From assembly GCA_963758295.1 (NCBI GenBank), contig CAVWUU010000004.1, forward strand, positions 928,001 through 992,000: a DNA stretch of 64,000 nt, read 5' to 3'. The notes under the pieces are model-generated. The model saw nothing but the letters and a program-made list of their open reading frames with translations, ran no database searches and had not been told where the DNA came from. Source of the stretch: Candidatus Eremiobacteria bacterium (lineage in GTDB: Bacteria; Vulcanimicrobiota; Vulcanimicrobiia; Vulcanimicrobiales; Vulcanimicrobiaceae). Each line of letters opens with the position of its first letter. The stretch's first letter is position 1. This document shows positions 34,498-43,983 of the stretch, in pieces. The position numbers were made by a program, and so were the translations under genes.

Positions 34498-34514
34498 TTG
34501 CGATTGATTCTCAA
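34498..34514 (-). promoter_or_regulatory. Fur-family-like box
   Basis: TTGAGAAT-C-AATCGCAA imperfect palindrome, 3 nt before the leader start. Confidence 0.55.
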
Positions 34515-34588
34515 ATATTTGTCTTTCGTCCTGGCGGCCGGACAGGACTCCCCGTTTTGCCAGGCGGAATAGGGGCCACTCGTCAGCC

Positions 34589-35621
34589 ATGCATGAACTC
34601 TCACGCAGTACAACCGTCATAACAGGGGGCGCGGGCCTAATTGGCAGCGCCCTGATTTGGTTTTTGAACCAGCGCGGATACGAAGACATTATCGTCGTCG
34701 ACCGCTTAGATAATTCTGAGAAATGGAAGCATCTGGTTCCATTACGCTTCTCGGAATACGTCGATGCCGATGATTTCGCCGATCTGACAGCCGACCATCC
34801 GGACGCATTCGGCGACATTTCCGCGGTGTATCACCTTGGCGCTTGCTCTTCAACGACGGAGACGAACGCCGATTACCTTATGCGCAACAACTACGAGTAC
34901 ACCAAGCAGTTGGCGCACTGGGCATTGGAAAAAGACGCGCGTTTCGTTTATGCCTCTTCTGCCGCGACGTACGGCGCGCTGGAAAGCGGCCTCTCCGATA
35001 CGGCGGATCTGCGTTCGCTCCGCCCGCTGAACATGTATGCCTATTCGAAGCATCTTTTCGATCTGTACGCGCAGCGCACCGGACTCGGCGGCAGCATGGT
35101 CGGCTTAAAATACTTCAACGTTTTCGGCCCGAACGAAGACCATAAAGGCGACATGCGCAGCATCGTGCTCAAGGCGTTCGAGCAGATTCGCGATACGGGA
35201 TCCGTTCGGCTCTTCAAGAGCTATCGCCCGCGAATTCCGGCACGGCGAACAAGCGCCGCGACTTCATCTACGTCAAAGACGCCGTCGCGATGACCGTTGA
35301 CGTCGCGGAATCCGGTCTTACCGGCCTGGTCAATATCGGCTCCGGTGAGGCGCGCACTTGGCTCGATCTCGTGCGGCCGATCTTCGCTGCGTTAAACGTT
35401 CCCGAAAGCATCGAGTTCATCGAAATGCCGGAACAGCTTCGCAGCAAATACCAATATTCGACTTGCGCGCGACATGAAAAAGTTCCGCGCCACGGGCTAC
35501 ATGCGCGCGATGACGCCGCTCAGCGCCGCTGTGTCCGATTACGTTCGCAATTATCTTCGTGCCGGGACGCGTGCTCGATCCGTCCGATACGAGCGATCTC
35601 ATCTCACTCACCATTTCGTAG
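34589..35621 (+). CDS. rfaD: ADP-L-glycero-D-manno-heptose 6-epimerase; frameshifted 3' half
   Basis: ITGGAGLIGS, HLGACSSTTE, YASSAATYG, PLNMYAYSK, LKYFNVFGPNEDHKGDM, RDFIYVKD, KYQYST. Confidence 0.9.
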
Positions 35622-35628
35622 GGGACCG

Positions 35629-36383
35629 ATGCCAGACTCGAATTCGCGCGCCCGCCGCCGCCAGACGACTCGCGGTGGTCAAACGCCGCCGCCTCAACGG
35701 CGCGATCCGATGACTACCGTGTACATCTCGGTCGCCGTTATTCTCGTGTTGTTGATCGGCGGTCTTGCCTTTGCGCGTTGGCAACAAAACCGCGCGGTGG
35801 ACGCCGCACTCGCAACGCCGTCTCCGGCACCGATTGCGTCGGGCGAAAAGACGCCGGCACCCGTCCAGCTGGCGGACGGCAGCGCACTCGGCGCCGCATG
35901 ATCTTTAAGTCGTCGAACCAGGGCGCGAATACGGCTCAGGGCGGTCATGGACAGGCGGTCGACGGTATCACGTGCGCAGGCATGGAGTATATGACGCTGC
36001 ACGTGCATTCGCACTTGGCGATTTTCAACAACGGCAAACAGGTTCAAGTTCCGAAACTCGTCGGCGGAACGCCGACGTCGGGCGGCGGATGTCTCTACTG
36101 GCTGCACACGCACGACGCGAGCGGCATCATTCACATCGAAGCGCCGCAGCTGGCGCCCCCGGGACAGAGCGGCTTCACGCTTGGGAAATTTTTCGACATC
36201 TGGGGCGAGCCGCTGACCGCCGATAACGTCGGAGGCATCAAAGGCCCGGTTACGGCCTACGTCAACGGAGTGAAGTACGACGGCGACTTGAAGGCCATTC
36301 CGCTCAGAGCACATCAGCAAATCGTGCTCGAAGTCGGCAAAGTGGTACCGCCGCCGAACTACACGTTTCCGCCGAACGATTAG
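35629..36383 (+). CDS. Membrane-anchored His-motif (putative metal-binding) protein; probable frameshift near 35895
   Basis: TM anchor, then LHVHSHL..GCLYWLHTHDASGIIHIE..FTLGKFFDIWG. Confidence 0.7.
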
Positions 36384-36955
36384 CCTTTCAAGACCTTATC
36401 GATCTCGCGCTGCAATTCGCCGAACGAGATCTCACCGGAATTCAGATAAGAAACTTTCTTGTCTTTTCCGATCACAGCGATCGTCGGGAAGCCGCCCTGC
36501 AGATACAGGTTCGCAATCGAGAGCGTCGGATCGTAAGCGGCGATCGGATACTGGACGTGAAGCTTGTCCTTGAACGTAAGGACGTCGAGTTGCGAAGACG
36601 GTGACGTGCCGTCCATGCCGGTGTCGCTCCCGGGGATCGCGATGAAGTCGACGCGCGACTTGTACGCGCCGTAAAGCTTGTCGATGACGGCCGTTTCGCG
36701 TTGGCAATGCGGACACCACGTCGCAAAGACTTCCAAGAAGACCGGCTTGTTCGCCGTCGCAAGATCGAACAAGCCGTTCGTCGTTGCGGCGCGAAACTCG
36801 GGAGCCGGCCGGCCCATTTGGGCCGTTCCTACCGTCGGTGCTTGCGAGGCGTTCTGCAGTTGGTGCGACGGATGCAATTTCGTGTAAAGCACCCCGCCGA
36901 TAACAAGAATCGCGACGACGACGATCGAGATGGTGGCGAGCAGGCGTTGATTCAT
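36380..36955 (-). CDS. TlpA-family thioredoxin
   Basis: N-terminal TM; FATWCPHCQRE; GFPT. Confidence 0.88.
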   Translation of the reverse strand: MNQRLLATISIVVVAILVIGGVLYTKLHPSHQLQNASQAPTVGTAQMGRPAPEFRAATTNGLFDLATANKPVFLEVFATWCPHCQRETAVIDKLYGAYKSRVDFIAIPGSDTGMDGTSPSSQLDVLTFKDKLHVQYPIAAYDPTLSIANLYLQGGFPTIAVIGKDKKVSYLNSGEISFGELQREIDKVLKG

Positions 36956-37398
36956 TTCCTAACGAGTCTCCGGTCCAAGGCAAGCACTCCAGGTGCTCCG
37001 TAAGCAATGATGGCTGCGATTGCAGCGAGGATCAGATCGAAAGCGACGTGCGGCCAGTCCGCGGTTGCGGCGTCGGCCGGTCCAAAACATCCGCAGTTCG
37101 CCGGGATATGTCGAACGACCGCCGAGGCGATGGCTGCGGCATATAAAACAAACTGCGCCGCCGCCACCGCGCCGGCGACGCGCGTGAAGAGGCCGGCAAC
37201 GAGATAGAGACCGAGCAACACTTCAAAGTATGGCAGCACCAAGGCGAGCGGCGCGGTGATCGCTGCCGGCAGAAGGCGAAAGCCGGCAATAGCCGCGGCG
37301 AGATCGGCTGCGTGTCCGATTTTCAGCGCCCCGGCAACGATCAACACCGCGCCTAAGAGCACGCGGAGGATCAGCACGGCGATCGATAGGGTCGGCAT
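36952..37398 (-). CDS. MauE/DoxX family membrane protein
   Basis: LRVLLGAVLIVAGALKI..LPYFEVLLG..NCGCFG. Confidence 0.85.
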   Translation of the reverse strand: MPTLSIAVLILRVLLGAVLIVAGALKIGHAADLAAAIAGFRLLPAAITAPLALVLPYFEVLLGLYLVAGLFTRVAGAVAAAQFVLYAAAIASAVVRHIPANCGCFGPADAATADWPHVAFDLILAAIAAIIAYGAPGVLALDRRLVRK

Positions 37399-37464
37399 GT
37401 CAGCACGCTGCTTGCCAGGATGGCAACGATTTACCTGCGAGTGCCACAGGTGAGCGCCCAGAAA

Positions 37465-37479
37465 TGAAAATGGTTTTCA
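37465..37479. promoter_or_regulatory. Fur/Zur-like box
   Basis: TGAAAAT-G-GTTTTCA 7-1-7 palindrome between divergent mauE and NRAMP genes. Confidence 0.55.
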
Positions 37480-37509
37480 CGGATATTTCTCGGAGGGCCA
37501 AAGAGCCGA

Positions 37510-37525
37510 GTTAGGCTAACCTAAC
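37510..37525. promoter_or_regulatory. DtxR/MntR-family operator
   Basis: GTTAGG-CTAA-CCTAAC perfect inverted repeat 5 nt before the NRAMP ATG; resembles TTAGGTTAACCTAA boxes. Confidence 0.7.
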
Positions 37526-37530
37526 AACAC

Positions 37531-38811
37531 ATGGCCGCCGCAGAATCGCCCGCCGCTCCCGCCGCCCGCCGAACCGACTGGCGGCGCTGGCTTTTGCGGT
37601 TCCTGGCCGTCGCGGGGCCCGGTCTCGTCGTGGCCTTTGCCGACACGGAAGCCGGAAGCATCACGACTGCGGCAACCTCGGGAGCGCAGTACGGCTACAA
37701 ACTGATTCTGCTGCAATTGCTCCTGATCGTACCGCTATTTGTAGTGCAAGAAATGACGGTTCGATTAGGCGTCGTTACGGGCAAAGGCCACGCGCGCCTC
37801 ATTCGCGAGCACTACGGCATCGGCTGGACGTGGGTGTCGCTCGGGACGATGCTCGTTACAAATATTGCGGCGCTCGTCACCGAATTCGCCGGTATCGCCG
37901 GCGCAGCGATGATTTTTGGTCTGAATCCCGCACCGATCGTCATCGTTGCGGCGGTGCTGTTGATCGGCGTAATCTTTACCGCTTCGTACAAACGCGCGGA
38001 AACGTTTGCACTTGCGCTGTGCTTAGTGGAACTGCTGTTTATTCCGGCGGCTTTTGCGGCGCATCCGCCCGTGCACGAAGTCGTAATGAAAGGGTTGTTC
38101 GGAAGCCAGCCGCTCACCGATTACAACTACTTGCTGCTGATCGCTTCAAACATCGGCGCGGTTATTATGCCGTGGATGATCTTCTATCAGCAGAGCGCGA
38201 CCGTCGATAAGGGACTGCGCTTGAACGATTTGAATTTCGCGCGCGTCGACACGGCGCTCGGTGCGGTCTTCACGCAAGCGATCATGTGCGCCGTCGTAAT
38301 TACGACCGCCGCGACGCTCTTCGTCCGGCACATCCCGGTAAGCGACGCAGCGCATGCGGCCATTGCGCTCGAACCCCTCGTCGGACACCTGGCCGGCGTT
38401 ACGTTCGGCGTTGCGCTGATCGGCGCGTCGATGCTCGGCGCGTTCGTCGTCTCCCTCGCAACCGCGTGGGCATTCGGCGAAGCGTTCGGCTGGCGTTGTT
38501 CGCTCAACGACGGATTGCGCGCAAAACGGTTCACGGGACTGTTCGTGGCGTGCGTCGTCGTAGCGGCCGGCGTAGTGCTTATTCCGAATTTGCCGCTCGT
38601 GAAGATCACGGTCTACGTCGAGGCGTTCAACGGCTTCGTCCTCCCGATTGTGCTCGGTTTCTTGCTAGTGCTCGTCAACGACAAACGCGTCATCGGCGAG
38701 CGGCACAACCGCCCGCTGGGGAACGCGATCACCTTTGCGCTTTCCGGTCTGTGCATCGCGCTCGGCGTGTGGATGGCGTTCATGACGATTATCCACCCGG
38801 GCGGCAGCTAA
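37531..38811 (+). CDS. NRAMP-family divalent metal transporter
   Basis: GPGLVVAFADTEAGSITT, GAQYGYKL, QEMTVRLGVVTGKG, NIGAVIMPW. Confidence 0.9.
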   Translation: MAAAESPAAPAARRTDWRRWLLRFLAVAGPGLVVAFADTEAGSITTAATSGAQYGYKLILLQLLLIVPLFVVQEMTVRLGVVTGKGHARLIREHYGIGWTWVSLGTMLVTNIAALVTEFAGIAGAAMIFGLNPAPIVIVAAVLLIGVIFTASYKRAETFALALCLVELLFIPAAFAAHPPVHEVVMKGLFGSQPLTDYNYLLLIASNIGAVIMPWMIFYQQSATVDKGLRLNDLNFARVDTALGAVFTQAIMCAVVITTAATLFVRHIPVSDAAHAAIALEPLVGHLAGVTFGVALIGASMLGAFVVSLATAWAFGEAFGWRCSLNDGLRAKRFTGLFVACVVVAAGVVLIPNLPLVKITVYVEAFNGFVLPIVLGFLLVLVNDKRVIGERHNRPLGNAITFALSGLCIALGVWMAFMTIIHPGGS

Positions 38812-38848
38812 GTCATAGCCCGGCGCCCGCTATGGGCGTAAGCTACGC

Positions 38849-39445
38849 ATGATGAACCGCGTCGGAACGCTCGTGCTTGCATCGCTGCTCGGCCTTACCG
38901 GCTGTGCCGGCATGGGGCGCGCCGATGCGCGTTTCCAAGGGACATCCCTTCACGCCGGTCCCGCACCGGCGATTACGCTGACCGATGACCTGGGTCAATC
39001 CTGGTCGCTTGCGGACCAGCACGGAACGACTGTCGCGGTCTTCTTCGGCTACACCCACTGCCCGGACACGTGTCCGCTCACGCTTGCGAAGTTAACGCGC
39101 GCGGTAGCGCAACAGGGCGCTAACTCCGCCAACGTCGAGATCGCGTTTGTCACTGTCGATCCGGAACGCGATACGCCGGCGGTGATGCACCGATACATCG
39201 CGCACTACTCCGGCGCGCATATCGTCGGCCTTACGGGAACGCGATCACAAGTCGAGCAAGTGGAACGCGCGTATCACGTGTGGGCGCAACGAATTCCCGG
39301 CAAGCACGCCGGTATCGACGATTATGACGACGCCCACAGTTCCGTCGTTTACTTGATCGATCGCGACGGCAATCAACGCGTGATGCACGACGACGACGAT
39401 TCACTGCAGGCGTTTACCGCCGACATCCGCACGCTCGCCCGATGA
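38849..39445 (+). CDS. SCO-family copper chaperone lipoprotein
   Basis: Lipobox LTGC; FFGYTHCPDTCP; TVDPERDTP; HSSVVYLID. Confidence 0.92.
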   Translation: MMNRVGTLVLASLLGLTGCAGMGRADARFQGTSLHAGPAPAITLTDDLGQSWSLADQHGTTVAVFFGYTHCPDTCPLTLAKLTRAVAQQGANSANVEIAFVTVDPERDTPAVMHRYIAHYSGAHIVGLTGTRSQVEQVERAYHVWAQRIPGKHAGIDDYDDAHSSVVYLIDRDGNQRVMHDDDDSLQAFTADIRTLAR

Positions 39446-40391
39446 TCTTCGCGCTCGCTTTTGTCGCCGGCCTCATTCCCTTTCATGGGACGGTTTTGGC
39501 TGCGCCGAGCCCGCAAACGGCAATCGTTCGAAACGACGCAATTCCCGAAACGCTTCCGAGCACCACGCGCAATTACCGCATCGAACCCCAGGCGACGTTC
39601 GTTCCGGGCACCGGCATCGACGGATTCCTCGATAAGTCGACGACGCCGTGGACACTTCGCGACGCCGTCGCGGCGGCGCCGTTCTCTCCAGGCGCCCCGC
39701 AGCCTGACCGCGTCATTCCGGTAGACATCGGAAAGCCCTTACCGAGTGCCAAACTGGTCGACCAAAACGGAACGCGTTGTCGATCTTGCGAAGGCGTACG
39801 CCGGCAAGACGGTGCTCGTGACGTTCATCTTTACGCGCTGCCCCGACCGCACGTTGTGTCCCGCGATCAGCGGCAAATACGCCTACATGCAGTCGCATTT
39901 GGACCCGGCGCGGTTCGCATTGGTCGAGATCACGCTCGACCCGCCGTACGATTCGCCGGCCGTCCTGCGTGAATACGGGGCCGGTTACGGGGCCGATCCC
40001 AAGATTTGGCATCTGCTTACCGGGACCGGCTCGACGATCCAGCACATCCTGAACCAGTTCGGGATCGACTCGCTGCGCATCAGCTCGGCGAATTTCATCC
40101 AAAACGACAAGCCTCTTTATCGTCCAGCCGAACGGCAAGGTGGCCTATATCGCCGAGACGGGCGGCTGGGATCCCGACGGCGCGATCGCCGAGGCGCGCG
40201 CGATTTCAGGCATGTCGAGTAACCCGTTCGAGCGGCTTAAGCTCTCCCTCGTGGCGGGCGTGGTGGCCTTATGCGGCGGTTGTCAGTTTGCCGGCATCGT
40301 GCTTCTCGAAGTGTGCTTCTTCTTCGTTATCCTGGCGTTTGTTACGGCCGGGCTCTGGGTTGTCGGCCGCGTGCTCTGGAAGAATCAATAG
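39442..40391 (+). CDS. Second SCO-family protein with N-terminal extension and C-terminal TM; frameshifted
   Basis: TFIFTRCPDRTLCP, ITLDPPYDSP, WHLLTG reconstructed across three ORFs. Confidence 0.75.
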
Positions 40392-40454
40392 AGCTTTCGA
40401 GCAGGCGCTGAGGAGGCCGGGGGCCTTCTTCGCGGGTAAGAGGCCTTCGAATCC

Positions 40455-41021
40455 ATGGCAGCACCGCGAAAGCCTTTCGAACCGCCCTCCCCGGAGCAAC
40501 GGGCGTTCCTCGAACGTGCGATCGAGCAGTACGGCAAGGCGACCTATAACTTTGCCCTGCGGCTCACGCACAACGAGGCCGACGCTCGCGACCTGACTCA
40601 GGACGCGTTTATCCGGGTGTATCGCGCCTGGCGCAGTTTCCAGCCCGGCACATCGTTTCTCTCGTGGATCTACCGAATCGTCACGAATTTGCATCGAGAT
40701 GAACTTCGGAGGCGAAAAGGACGTTATCAAGAGGAGATCCCTGAGGATAATGCGCCCCAAGATTTCGGAGGAGAGCGCCCGCTTGCTGTTACGCCCATCG
40801 AGGAAATGGTCGAATCACAGTTTAGTGAGGCGGTGTCAAAAGCGCTTGAAGCACTTTCTCCGGATCAACGGCAAGTTGTAGTTCTCGCGGATATCGAGGA
40901 GTACAGCTACCAAGAGATAGCAGAGATCGTAGGCTGCTCCATCGGAACCGTTCGTTCTCGTCTCCATCGGGCGAGACACCAACTTCGAAAACTCGTTGAA
41001 CACTACTCGGCAAAATCATGA
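40455..41021 (+). CDS. ECF RNA polymerase sigma factor
   Basis: ARDLTQDAFIRVY, FLSWIYRIVTN, YSYQEIAEIVGCSIGTVRSRLHRAR. Confidence 0.95.
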   Translation: MAAPRKPFEPPSPEQRAFLERAIEQYGKATYNFALRLTHNEADARDLTQDAFIRVYRAWRSFQPGTSFLSWIYRIVTNLHRDELRRRKGRYQEEIPEDNAPQDFGGERPLAVTPIEEMVESQFSEAVSKALEALSPDQRQVVVLADIEEYSYQEIAEIVGCSIGTVRSRLHRARHQLRKLVEHYSAKS

Positions 41022-41545
41022 AACAAGAACAACATCCTAGCACCGAAAAATTAATCGATTACATCCACCGCGAACTCTCGCCGGAAGACGATGCCGCAAT
41101 TCTGATGCACGTCGAGTCGTGCGATGAATGCCGCGCGCGCTATCAACTCGAAGCACGCCTGTCGGAGTCGCTTCGGGTACACGCGCGCGAAACCGAACGC
41201 GAGCTGCCGCAGGGTGTAGTCAACGGTATTTGGGCCGCGATTGAATCGCCGCCCCAGCCCTCTCTCGCCGATCGCTTGCGCGCGCTCTTCCGGCCGGCGG
41301 TCGCCGTGCCCGTTACTGCGGTGGCGGCGTTGGCCATCTACTTCGGCGTTACGGCCACGCACCACGCCGGTTCCACGACGATGATCGACGCGGCGTACTA
41401 CCTGGACGATCACGCGGCGTTGACCAGCACCGTTCCCTTCGGTGAAGGCAACGCGGTGCCCACGCAGCTAGAAAGCGATCAAACGAACAGCGATGTCGTC
41501 GCAGTCAGCAACACCACCGTCATGACGGCGGACGTTGCGCGCTAA
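41018..41545 (+). CDS. Zinc-finger (HxxxCxxC) anti-sigma factor
   Basis: HVESCDECR plus one TM; overlaps sigma stop. Confidence 0.88.
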   Translation: MKQEQHPSTEKLIDYIHRELSPEDDAAILMHVESCDECRARYQLEARLSESLRVHARETERELPQGVVNGIWAAIESPPQPSLADRLRALFRPAVAVPVTAVAALAIYFGVTATHHAGSTTMIDAAYYLDDHAALTSTVPFGEGNAVPTQLESDQTNSDVVAVSNTTVMTADVAR

Positions 41546-42560
41546 GATCGCGCTGGCGGCGCTCGCAGCGATTTTCCTAGCGGCGCCGCATGCCGGCGCC
41601 GCGCCGGCGTCGCAGCCGGCCGAAGGGTTGTTGCGGGATGCGATGGGTGCACCGCAGCAGCTTTCATACGTCGGCGAAGTCCAGACGCTGCGTTTCGGCG
41701 CGCAGAAATCCGAAGCGGCAATCTACCGCATCGAACACAAGGCGCCCGATCTTACGCGCCGCTGGTATCTCGCACCCCAGGATCTTTACGGCGATTCCAT
41801 CATCTCGCGCGGCGATACGTCCTATTCCATCGACGTCAAACGCGATCACGTGGTCGTTACGCAAGACGATCCGATCGACGATCAAGTGGCCGAAGACGAT
41901 AACTTCGCGCTGCTGAACGCGAACTACAACGCCCTCTACGGGCCCGACGAAACATCCAACGGACGCGCGGTGAAGGTCGTGCTTCTGAATAATAAGCACA
42001 CCGGTCAGACGACCATGCGCGTGCGCATCGATGCAGCGAGCAAGCTGGTTCTCGAGCGTGAAACGTACGGCGCGAACGGCTCGCTGCTTGCACAGACGCG
42101 CTTCGAACAGCTTCGGTATACGAACGACATTCCGGCCGCGGTCTTCGACGTGCCGGCAACGCTTCCAAGAATTCAGGGCCCCAGCCGCGGCATACCGTCC
42201 AACAATCTTCAGGAACTGCTGAAAACCGCCGGCTTTTCGGCGCACGGTCCGAAGTATCTGCCGCTCGGTTTTACGCCGGTCGAAGGCGACGTTGCCGACG
42301 TAAAAGGTATTCGGACGTTACACCTGCTGTATTCCGACGGCATTCGCACCGTTTCGCTTTTTCAAAATGCGAAAGGCGCGGCGGTCGACATGTCGCGATA
42401 TCGCGTCAGCCAAGTCCATTTCGAGAATAAAGACGGCCAGTACGTTCAAGAAGGGCCGACAACGCTCTTGGCTTGGTCGGAACAGGGATTGCATTTCGCA
42501 CTGGTCGGCGATCTGGATTTGAACGAACTGCAGCGCATTGCTGCGTCGGTGGTTCCGTAA
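41535..42560 (+). CDS. MucB/RseB-like periplasmic sigma regulator
   Basis: Signal peptide; LolA-like N-domain; HLLYSDGIRTVSLFQ; ALVGDL. Confidence 0.8.
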   Translation: MRAKIALAALAAIFLAAPHAGAAPASQPAEGLLRDAMGAPQQLSYVGEVQTLRFGAQKSEAAIYRIEHKAPDLTRRWYLAPQDLYGDSIISRGDTSYSIDVKRDHVVVTQDDPIDDQVAEDDNFALLNANYNALYGPDETSNGRAVKVVLLNNKHTGQTTMRVRIDAASKLVLERETYGANGSLLAQTRFEQLRYTNDIPAAVFDVPATLPRIQGPSRGIPSNNLQELLKTAGFSAHGPKYLPLGFTPVEGDVADVKGIRTLHLLYSDGIRTVSLFQNAKGAAVDMSRYRVSQVHFENKDGQYVQEGPTTLLAWSEQGLHFALVGDLDLNELQRIAASVVP

Positions 42561-42561
42561 C

Positions 42562-42960
42562 GTGGCCGAGAAACGCCTTGAAGTGCTGCTCGCGTCAATG
42601 AAGCCTGAACTCGATGAGCAAGAGTGGTCGTTCGCTTCGGTCGACGCCACGTTTCCGGTAGCGCTCGCAAAACCGCTGATGGTTTTCCACGAACACGAAG
42701 GCGCCACGATTGTTGCGCCCGTCGCCGAACTTACGCGCTTTAAGATCCCGTACGAAGGCACATGGCGCCGCATTATCATTAACGCCTACTCGGCGCTGAA
42801 CGCCGTTGGTTTTCTTGCGGAAATGGCGCGCGCGTTGACCGATGAGAGCATCCCCGCCAACGTCGTGAGTGCCTACCATCACGACCATCTCTTCGTTCCG
42901 GCTGACCGCGCTGAAGATGCTCTGCGCGCTCTTACGGCGCTGGCCGCGCGCGGCGCTTAA
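42562..42960 (+). CDS. ACT-domain protein
   Basis: LLASMKPEL, EHEGATIV, SALNAVGFLA..IPANVVSAYHHDHLFVP. Confidence 0.85.
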   Translation: MAEKRLEVLLASMKPELDEQEWSFASVDATFPVALAKPLMVFHEHEGATIVAPVAELTRFKIPYEGTWRRIIINAYSALNAVGFLAEMARALTDESIPANVVSAYHHDHLFVPADRAEDALRALTALAARGA

Positions 42961-43961
42961 TCAAGTAACTCGTCGAATCGGCTAAGATACGAGCGTGCCT
43001 CCGCGGGAATAGACGCGCCGGCGGCCTTTCCGAGCGGATCCCTTTCATTTTTCGCGCCGGTAACCAGAACGCGTTCGATCGACTCGGCAAGCGAATGAAC
43101 GTCGTAGCCGCCTTCCAACACGTACGCCACGCGATTGTTGCAGTAGCGTTGCGCCACGGAACCGATGGCGCTTGCGAGTGCGGCGGCGACCTCTACGTCG
43201 ACACCTAGGTCACCAACCGGATCGCCTTTGACGTAGTCAAATCCGGCGCTCACTACGATTGCATCGGGCTTAACGAATTCGCCCGCGCGCTCCAGCAGCC
43301 GTTCCCAGATCGCAGCGAACGCTTCCGTCGCGATGCCGGAGGCAGGTAACGGGACATTCACGATCAGGTCCCGGCCGATCGATGCGGTTTCAAAACCGGT
43401 TCCGGGATACGCCGGCGACGCATGCGTCGAGAGATAGGAAATGCCTTCGCCGGCGATATCTTGCGTGCCGTTGCCGTGGTGGTAATCGAAGTCCACGATC
43501 AGCACGCGGCCGCCGTGCTGCGCTTGAAACGATCGCGCCGCAATCGCCGCGTTGTTGAAAAGACAGAACCCCATGCCGCGTTGCGATTCGGCATGATGGC
43601 CCGGCGGCCGAACCAGGGCAAACACCGGCGCATTGGCCGACACGGACGCTTCCATCGCCGCTATCGCGCCGCCGGCGGCACGGCGCGCAACCGCGAGCGA
43701 ATACCCGTCGACGACGACGTCGCCGGTCGAAAGATATCGCGCATCATGCAAACCATGCGTTTCGCGTTTGACGAGCTCGAGATAGCGCGCAAAGTGGACA
43801 CGCTCGATTTCTTCATCGGTTGCATCGCGCGCCCGAACCGTTTCGCCGAGCAGTCCGCGTTCGCGTAAAAGCGCGGCGACCACCTCCACGCGATCGGGCG
43901 ATTCTGGATGCCCGATGCCGCGGAGATGGTCGCCGTAGATTTCGTCGGTGACGACTTTCAT
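42957..43961 (-). CDS. Histone deacetylase family amidohydrolase
   Basis: HPESPDR, RPPGHHA, GFCLFNN, DFDYHHGNGTQ, SAGFD, LEGGY. Confidence 0.95.
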   Translation of the reverse strand: MKVVTDEIYGDHLRGIGHPESPDRVEVVAALLRERGLLGETVRARDATDEEIERVHFARYLELVKRETHGLHDARYLSTGDVVVDGYSLAVARRAAGGAIAAMEASVSANAPVFALVRPPGHHAESQRGMGFCLFNNAAIAARSFQAQHGGRVLIVDFDYHHGNGTQDIAGEGISYLSTHASPAYPGTGFETASIGRDLIVNVPLPASGIATEAFAAIWERLLERAGEFVKPDAIVVSAGFDYVKGDPVGDLGVDVEVAAALASAIGSVAQRYCNNRVAYVLEGGYDVHSLAESIERVLVTGAKNERDPLGKAAGASIPAEARSYLSRFDELLD

Positions 43962-43983
43962 TTTGCGCTTCTAGCGCGAACCT

